Assembly: GCA_050179755.1 (NCBI GenBank)
Contig: JBFXEV010000001.1
Span: 1,129,994-1,193,993, forward strand
Direction: 5' to 3'
Origin: Candidatus Babeliales bacterium
GTDB lineage: Bacteria; Babelota; Babeliae; Babelales; JBFXEV01
Length of the DNA stretch: 64,000 nt
Position 1 is the first letter of the stretch. The number at the start of each line of letters is the position of its first letter. A program made the position numbers and the translations under genes. Below are positions 57,740-64,000 of this stretch, one piece after another. The notes under the pieces are model-generated. The model had not been told where the DNA came from and made no database searches. It saw only the letters and a list, made by a program, of their open reading frames with translations.

Positions 57740-60391
57740 TTAAGCTGCTAGAGGTTCTACTGGAATTACTGTGTTTGTAGCTGACGCTTTACCCGCCACC
57801 AGCTCTTTAATCTCGCTTCCAGTAACAATTTGTTTCTTAATTAGCATTTCAGTAAGTTCTGTAAGTTTGTCTTTATGTTCTGTGAGTAATGCGCGTACTT
57901 CTGCTTCACATCGTTTAACTAAGTTGTGTTCTTCTAGTTTAAGCTCATTAATAACCGTTTTAGGCAATGCCATTTCAGTAACGCCAGCAAATACTACTTT
58001 ATTCGCCAATATGTATGCTTTATTTTTTGCGTTTGTGCGATAGTTTGCGCTTTGCGTGCCGCAAACAATTTCTTCTGCTATGTGGCCCGCCAGCTTTAAT
58101 TTTATAGCATCGAGCAACTCTTTGTGTGTTTCAAGTGCTAATGCGTCTTGCGAATGATATGTAAAGACTTTGCCATATTTAGTCCAGTCTTTTGGTTTTT
58201 GTTTACGCTCGCTAAGTGTTGCATTGCTAAATATTGAACCTTCATGAAATTTCTTGCGTATGCCCAAAATTGTAGCTTGCGCAATATTCAATTTATTGTT
58301 GCCATAAGATATAGTTAATGCTTGCCCTGCCTGATATGCGGCAAAGTGCGTTACTTCTTCTTTGCTGCATGGCAATTGCGTGGGTAAATGCGTGTATATC
58401 ATCCTATGAATCTGTTGGTTAAACGCTTGTTGTAACGTTTCCTCAGTTACCGGCTGATGTGCTTTAAACGATTCTTGTTTTGCAAGTGTTATAGTTCGTT
58501 TAAGTTCTTCAATAGTTTTACCTTCACTTTCTTGGGCAATTTTATCAATAAATTCTTCAGAAGCTAAAATGAACTGTTTATTTAGTTCTTTTATCAAGAA
58601 GTTTTTGCGATCAGCAAGTGTGGGTAAGCTTACTTCTATAATATGGTCCATTCTATTAATTAATGCAAAGTCATTATGTTCAATGTGGTTACAAATAAAG
58701 ATAAAGAATACTTGGTTGCCTACTTCATCATTTAATTGTGCATTACCCATAGCATTGAGGATTTCTGCTAGAAGTTTGCTGTTACGTTCACGCTGTGCCC
58801 CTGAGAGGTCAAACTCATCAATGCAAATGATGCATGGTTTTATAGTATTTGCATAATTGATAATAGTTTCAATGCCATAAAGCATGAGCATTTCCGCAGT
58901 AATAGGCATATAAGTAAACTTTTGAGTGCTTCCTTTAGCTTTTAAAGTAGCTTTAATTTCCCCAGCAACAGCCTCACCAAGCATGCTTTTGCCAGTTCGT
59001 GAATTGCCGTGAAGCATCCAGAATCTGCCAGGCGATTTGCCAGTGCGGTCCATTTTTTCAGGATCTGCAAAATAGGCGGGCAAAATGCTCATTTCTTGTT
59101 TAATATGTTCATGCCCCTCTACATCCGCAAGAACAAATCGCGGTTCCCGAGCATATTCGTCGACTGCTTTAAATTCATCTTTACCTTGCAAATATGCAAC
59201 AGTTCTTTGCCACGTATTGTAGGCATTTTTTTGAATTTCAGTTACCTTTTCTTGGAATAGAAAGCACATGCCACCAAGTGTAAAAAGTGGTTGCGTTACT
59301 GAGTTAAAGATATGTAACTCTTCTAGTTTTTCCACAGTTTTACCAAATAGGGTTATATTGTCGGCATTTGCAACTGGATAAATAAACTTATTGTTAGCTT
59401 TTAATTCTGACGTATTACCGTTAGGTAACAGAAAAGTTTGTTCTCCTGGAATGTTTCGCTTAAACCAAGATACTCCAGTGTAGCGACAGAACTTTTGAAA
59501 TAGATTTTCATCTTTAGGTATAATTAAATTACCTTTATCATCTAACGGATAAGCTCCAAAGCTGTCATTTGAAAAGCGATACATATAATAGGTAGCAATG
59601 GCTGCTGCAACGAGTGATAATTTTGCGGTTTTTAGGCTAACAAGATTGGAGCATTTTTTGAATGCTTTGTTAAACCAACTTGCACCCATGTCATTGGTTT
59701 GTTTATGAATAGCTTCCAGTCGTTTTGCGTTACGAGTAACATGCTCTTGAAGTAATTTTGGTTCAAGATCGCTAGAAGAAATGCTACGGGTAGTGATAGA
59801 ATCTGTAGAGATGGCAGGAATCGAAGTAAGTTTACTTGCTACCGCCCCATCAACACAGCGCAATAATTCGTCAATAATTAGTATGGCTCTAAAAAGTATT
59901 TCTGGGTTATCAAGTAAACCCGTAGAAAGAGCCATGCCCTTGAGTTGTTCAACCTCTGTTTGTAAGTTAACAATTTGAGCTTCTATTTCTTGTTTATTTA
60001 GGATATTTAATTTTTTATTTACTTCTACTTGTTGGCCTAAATCTTGGAGTAAAAAGCTTATCTGCCCTATTTGATCAATAACTGTTAGTTTGGTATTTTC
60101 ATACAGCGGCATGGTTTCATTAACGTATGCTTCGTATGCTTCTAGTTTTTTGCGAACTTCCGCTTGCGTTTCAGGCGAGGATTTATCATAGAGTTCTTGA
60201 AACTTTATAGGATCAATTTCACCATTTTCAAAGAGTGCAGCAAATTCGGGGGGCAAATCAAAATCGTGCAAGTCTTGAGCTTTAAGCGAGACACTAAAGA
60301 GCGAGAGAGTGATTAAGCAGTAAAGTATAAATTGTTTCATAGGATGCAGCCCTGCAAAGGTGTAATTACAAAAAGAAATTAATTTTACCAA
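57740..60391 (-). CDS. FtsH-like AAA+ ATPase with degenerate M41 peptidase domain
   Basis: LADVEG, HGNSRTGKSMLGEAVAGE, ICIDEFD, AAYQAGQAL, LAGHIAEEIVCG; start either TTG 60391 (GGAGG upstream) or ATG 60340. Confidence 0.78.
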   Translation of the reverse strand: MVKLISFCNYTFAGLHPMKQFILYCLITLSLFSVSLKAQDLHDFDLPPEFAALFENGEIDPIKFQELYDKSSPETQAEVRKKLEAYEAYVNETMPLYENTKLTVIDQIGQISFLLQDLGQQVEVNKKLNILNKQEIEAQIVNLQTEVEQLKGMALSTGLLDNPEILFRAILIIDELLRCVDGAVASKLTSIPAISTDSITTRSISSSDLEPKLLQEHVTRNAKRLEAIHKQTNDMGASWFNKAFKKCSNLVSLKTAKLSLVAAAIATYYMYRFSNDSFGAYPLDDKGNLIIPKDENLFQKFCRYTGVSWFKRNIPGEQTFLLPNGNTSELKANNKFIYPVANADNITLFGKTVEKLEELHIFNSVTQPLFTLGGMCFLFQEKVTEIQKNAYNTWQRTVAYLQGKDEFKAVDEYAREPRFVLADVEGHEHIKQEMSILPAYFADPEKMDRTGKSPGRFWMLHGNSRTGKSMLGEAVAGEIKATLKAKGSTQKFTYMPITAEMLMLYGIETIINYANTIKPCIICIDEFDLSGAQRERNSKLLAEILNAMGNAQLNDEVGNQVFFIFICNHIEHNDFALINRMDHIIEVSLPTLADRKNFLIKELNKQFILASEEFIDKIAQESEGKTIEELKRTITLAKQESFKAHQPVTEETLQQAFNQQIHRMIYTHLPTQLPCSKEEVTHFAAYQAGQALTISYGNNKLNIAQATILGIRKKFHEGSIFSNATLSERKQKPKDWTKYGKVFTYHSQDALALETHKELLDAIKLKLAGHIAEEIVCGTQSANYRTNAKNKAYILANKVVFAGVTEMALPKTVINELKLEEHNLVKRCEAEVRALLTEHKDKLTELTEMLIKKQIVTGSEIKELVAGKASATNTVIPVEPLAA

Positions 60392-60479
60392 GTTAAACCT
60401 CCATGGTAGTTTTTGAAAATGAGTTATAAAATATATTCTGAGAGTACCGTTGATACGCTATTTTGTCAATTAAAGCCGC

Positions 60480-60508
60480 AAAAAACCCGGGGTACTAAGG
60501 CCCCGGGT
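60480..60508 (-). terminator. Intrinsic terminator
   Basis: ACCCGGGG-N8-CCCCGGGT with a T-run on the minus strand. Confidence 0.7.
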
Positions 60509-60535
60509 GCTTATGTCGTGTAGAAAGTTCTATTA

Positions 60536-60916
60536 TTAGTTATTAAGAATGCTGCGAAGTGGTTCTGGAAGTTGATTTGCAATAGGTGCGCCTACTGAAA
60601 CCCAGACGTATTCACCAACATTTTCAAAGTATTCTTTTACTGATTTTAGAAAGATGCTAGCGACCAATGCATCTGCAACAAGACGAGTTGCTTGACCATT
60701 GCTCGAGTCAAGTGCGTTTAAGCGAGTTTCGAAAGTTGGAGAAACTTTAGCGAAATACTGTTGGAGAGCAAAGAATTTTACCGCAGTCCATGCAGTACCA
60801 GATAGCATCTGGCTCTCTGTAAGTGGTTCTTCTGGGTTGCGCTTTGCAAAGCCAGTTGTTGATGATAAGCCTAGTGCCAACAATGCGGCTAATGCTACTG
60901 AACGTTTAAAAGTCAT
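60536..60916 (-). CDS. Hypothetical secreted protein
   Basis: AAGGGG RBS, signal peptide ending GFA. Confidence 0.65.
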   Translation of the reverse strand: MTFKRSVALAALLALGLSSTTGFAKRNPEEPLTESQMLSGTAWTAVKFFALQQYFAKVSPTFETRLNALDSSNGQATRLVADALVASIFLKSVKEYFENVGEYVWVSVGAPIANQLPEPLRSILNN

Positions 60917-61068
60917 AAGTGACCCCTTTTTGATGGTTTATTTATACCAGCTACACAACATGCCCCAATCATACCTCGGGGAGTTTGGGTTTGTCAATAG
61001 CAAATTGCCGTGGTACGTTAAGTACTGGAAAGTTTGTAATGTCAAAATAGCCTCAAACTAAAGGAAAA

Positions 61069-62523
61069 TTGATTATGCTACAAAAACAAAATATTTTTTT
61101 AATTTCTGGCCTTGTGCTTGCACTTGGCGCTTTTAGCCTTATCTATGTTTGGAATGTGCGTTGTAAATCATCGCGACGCTATACTATCTCAAAAGAAATG
61201 GCTCTAGAAGCTAAAGGCGTGGTGCCTGTATTGGTGCTTGGCTCTGGCCCTGCAGGATTAACTGCTGCTTTATATAGTGCACGTGCAAATATTAAAACGC
61301 TTGTGCTTGAAGGTAATAAGCCAGGTGGTGCTTTGATGGAAACCAGTTATATTGAAAATTGGCCAGGGGTTAAGCGTATATTGGGCTCGCAAGTTATTGG
61401 TCAGCTTAAGCAGCAAGCAGTATCTTTTGGAGCAGAGTTTTTGGTCGACTCTGCGACATCGATTGATATGAGCGTATGGCCTTTTATTGTGGCTACTGAA
61501 AATGGTATAACTATTCGCGCATTAACGATCATTGTGGCTACAGGTTCTACGCCAAAAAAATTAGGTATTCCCGGAGAAGCACAATATTGGGGCAAAGGCG
61601 TGACCACTTGTGCAGTATGTGATGCGCCGCTCCATAAAGGTAATGACGTAGTAGTAATTGGTGGTGGCGATTCAGCTATAGAAGAGTCATTGCAATTGGC
61701 GCCTTACGCAAAAACGGTAACCATATTAGTGCGTAAAGACGCAATGCGCGCGGCAGCTTCTATGCAGGATCGCATGAAAGAAGTAAAGAATATAAAAGTT
61801 GAATATAATGTAGAACTACAAGAAATTAAGGGTACTGATTCTGAAGTGACTGAGGTGGTAATTAAGAATAGTAAAACGGGAGAGGTTTCAATTAAAAAAG
61901 TCACCGGCGTATTCTTGGCTATTGGGCATGATCCTAATTCTCAGCTCTTTAAGGAAGAGGGCATGGTTGACAAAAATGGTTACTTGCAACTTGTTAAAAG
62001 GTCGCAAAAAACGCCAGTTGAGGGTATTTATGCTGCCGGCGACGTAGCGGACCCTGTCTATAAGCAGGCAGGATATTCTGCTGGTGCAGGTACGGCAGCT
62101 GCACTTGATGCCGCATCGTTCTTACAAGATTATGGTTTTAATGCAGCGGTATTTAAGCAAATGGAACCAAACTTTTTTGAGCCTTTCCTAGAAGAAAAAA
62201 TTGAAGTTCCTTTAATGACATCGCTTGCGCAATTAAAAAACGTATTAACTTTTTCTAAAACGCCTGTGTTTGTAGATTTTTTTGCTGAGTATTGCCCGAG
62301 CTGCATGCGCATGTTGCCCTCGGTAGCCTCTGTTGGCGCGCAATTTGAAGATAAAGCATTATTTGTAAAAGTTGATGTAGAGCAAGCAAAAGAAATTGCT
62401 GATGCCTATCATGTAGGCGCGATTCCTGTATTGCTCGTATTTAAAAATGGCCAGTTAGTGGCTCGTTATAACGAAGCAATGACGCGCAAGGAGCTTGTTG
62501 ATTTTGTAGAGCAATTTATTTAA
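61069..62523 (+). CDS. trxB: Thioredoxin reductase fused to C-terminal thioredoxin, with N-terminal TM helix
   Basis: LGSGPAG, IENWPG, CAVCD, IGGGDSAIEE, AAGDV; Trx domain VDFFAEYCPSC...IPVL. Confidence 0.9.
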   Translation: MIMLQKQNIFLISGLVLALGAFSLIYVWNVRCKSSRRYTISKEMALEAKGVVPVLVLGSGPAGLTAALYSARANIKTLVLEGNKPGGALMETSYIENWPGVKRILGSQVIGQLKQQAVSFGAEFLVDSATSIDMSVWPFIVATENGITIRALTIIVATGSTPKKLGIPGEAQYWGKGVTTCAVCDAPLHKGNDVVVIGGGDSAIEESLQLAPYAKTVTILVRKDAMRAAASMQDRMKEVKNIKVEYNVELQEIKGTDSEVTEVVIKNSKTGEVSIKKVTGVFLAIGHDPNSQLFKEEGMVDKNGYLQLVKRSQKTPVEGIYAAGDVADPVYKQAGYSAGAGTAAALDAASFLQDYGFNAAVFKQMEPNFFEPFLEEKIEVPLMTSLAQLKNVLTFSKTPVFVDFFAEYCPSCMRMLPSVASVGAQFEDKALFVKVDVEQAKEIADAYHVGAIPVLLVFKNGQLVARYNEAMTRKELVDFVEQFI

Positions 62524-62878
62524 CAATTTGTGCGTATTGCATGCGTGTGCTTTTAAATTTGTAGGCACCTTGCCCATAAAGCTTTAGCGTTGCGTGCTCA
62601 TCTTTTTGCAGGTCCACAGTAATATAATAATGTGGACCTATGATTTCTCTCCAATAGAATTCTTGTATTTTTTCGCCTGGCAATTTAAATGTTACCGCAT
62701 GGGAGTGAAATAGAGATTCATAGGGGAATAAAGCACAAGTATCTTTTCCTGGTCGGCAGAAAGCCTGCGGGTTGGTGAACCCACTCATTGCTCTGTCAGA
62801 CCTATTATATACCTTAAGTGAGGCAGGGAGCAAAGATCCCGCGCTCAGTAGGATGAGTGTTATTAATCGATAATGCAT
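62516..62878 (-). CDS. Hypothetical secreted protein
   Basis: AAGGGA RBS, signal-like N-terminus. Confidence 0.6.
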   Translation of the reverse strand: MHYRLITLILLSAGSLLPASLKVYNRSDRAMSGFTNPQAFCRPGKDTCALFPYESLFHSHAVTFKLPGEKIQEFYWREIIGPHYYITVDLQKDEHATLKLYGQGAYKFKSTRMQYAQIVK

Positions 62879-63064
62879 CGATTTTCCCTTCTTTTTATTA
62901 TATTACCCTTTTACTTTTCGATCTTATCAAAATACTGTTTTGAAGCAACAGGGTTGCAGAAAAATACAGAAGAAAATATTGCAAATAGAAATGATAATAT
63001 GTTATCCTAAAGGTAGAGAAAGTTATTATACACGCAGAAATACCTGCATTTTCAAGGGGGGAGC

Positions 63065-64000
63065 ATGGAACATTTCATGGATAAAAAATTTTTAGTTGGT
63101 CTTTTTGTAATATGTATGGTTAGTTTTTTAGTGTTTCGTACGGCACAGGAGCCAATGCAACATAAAAAAATAAGTGCAACAAAAGAAGAAGTTACTCCGG
63201 CAATTATTGCAAAAAGCCTTGAAAGTCAAACTTTGAAAGATATTTCAAAAGAGCAGAAGTACCTGAAAGGTGCGACAATAGAAGAAATTTCGTTTTATGC
63301 GCCAGATAGTCCTTGTTCTAATAAAATGTCTGAGCGTAAAGGGAAAATTATACGGCGTAAAGACGCGATGGCGACCGTGTTAGTGTGCCATGGCTATATG
63401 TGTGATAAGCATGATGTAGGAATTTTTAGAACTGTGTTTCCTAATTGCAATGTAATGACGTTTGACTTTCGAGCACATGGTGATAGTTCCGATAACTATC
63501 AATGCTGTACATTTGGACGTGATGAATCCTACGACGTAATTGCAGCAGTTGATTATATTAAAGCGGATAAACAATTATCGCAATTACCGAGGATAGTATA
63601 CGGGTTTTCGATGGGGGCAGTAGCATCGATCATAGCGCAGTCAAAGGACATGACATTGTTTGATGCAATGATTCTTGATTGCCCATACGATCGTAGCGAA
63701 AATATTTTGCGTAAAGCATTAGAAGATGTGCGTTTGCATTTGTTTGGTTATAGCTTTTCGCTGCCAGGCAAGGGGATTTTAGGCGATTACGCCTTTAATC
63801 CATATGTGCAATCGCTTTTGAAATCGCTGTTAAAGACTGTTGCAAAGTTAGATCCTACGGCAACTAATACGCGCATATATCCGGTTAATCCGGCAGACGC
63901 GATTAAGGATGTTTCTGTTCCTTGCTTTTTTATACACTGCAAGAACGATGAAAAGGTGCCAGTAGAATCCATTTGTAACGTGTATGATAACGCAAAGGGA
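63065..64000 (+). CDS. Alpha/beta hydrolase (3' truncated by window edge)
   Basis: Own translation: N-terminal TM, LVCHGY, FDFRAHG, YGFSMGA (GxSxG), ILDCPY, FFIHCKNDEKVP. Confidence 0.88.
   Translation, partial: MEHFMDKKFLVGLFVICMVSFLVFRTAQEPMQHKKISATKEEVTPAIIAKSLESQTLKDISKEQKYLKGATIEEISFYAPDSPCSNKMSERKGKIIRRKDAMATVLVCHGYMCDKHDVGIFRTVFPNCNVMTFDFRAHGDSSDNYQCCTFGRDESYDVIAAVDYIKADKQLSQLPRIVYGFSMGAVASIIAQSKDMTLFDAMILDCPYDRSENILRKALEDVRLHLFGYSFSLPGKGILGDYAFNPYVQSLLKSLLKTVAKLDPTATNTRIYPVNPADAIKDVSVPCFFIHCKNDEKVPVESICNVYDNAKG

Overview
AT-rich bacterial chromosomal segment. Housekeeping genes (ruvB, rodA, uvrA, mutS, rplU, ktrA/ktrB-type K+ uptake, glyQS, HtrA, TlyA, amidase, dnaA, pgk, LolC/E, rpiB, trxB-trx fusion) and four tRNAs (Pro-TGG, His-GTG, Arg-TCG, Arg-CCT) are interspersed with many signal-peptide-bearing, eukaryote-like proteins. 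These include two cPLA2/lysophospholipase-type lipases, ankyrin and WD40 proteins, an NCA2/DGS1-like protein, a 2H phosphoesterase, a kinase-like protein and a secreted J-domain protein. The gene content suggests an intracellular protist-associated bacterium such as Ca. Babeliae (Dependentiae/TM6); this is inference only. A 27-35.7 kb island is rich in repeat proteins and pseudogenes. The most notable signals are: (1) many signal peptides end immediately before a Met, mostly Met-[DEQ]; (2) three unrelated putative effectors share a 16-aa terminal leucine motif; (3) two convergent tRNA-Arg genes with similar trailers and palindromic repeats bracket a methyltransferase; (4) a highly structured intergenic element lies at about 10.3 kb. 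No CRISPR array, transposase or rRNA was seen. All family assignments are by eye from motifs; no database searches were run.
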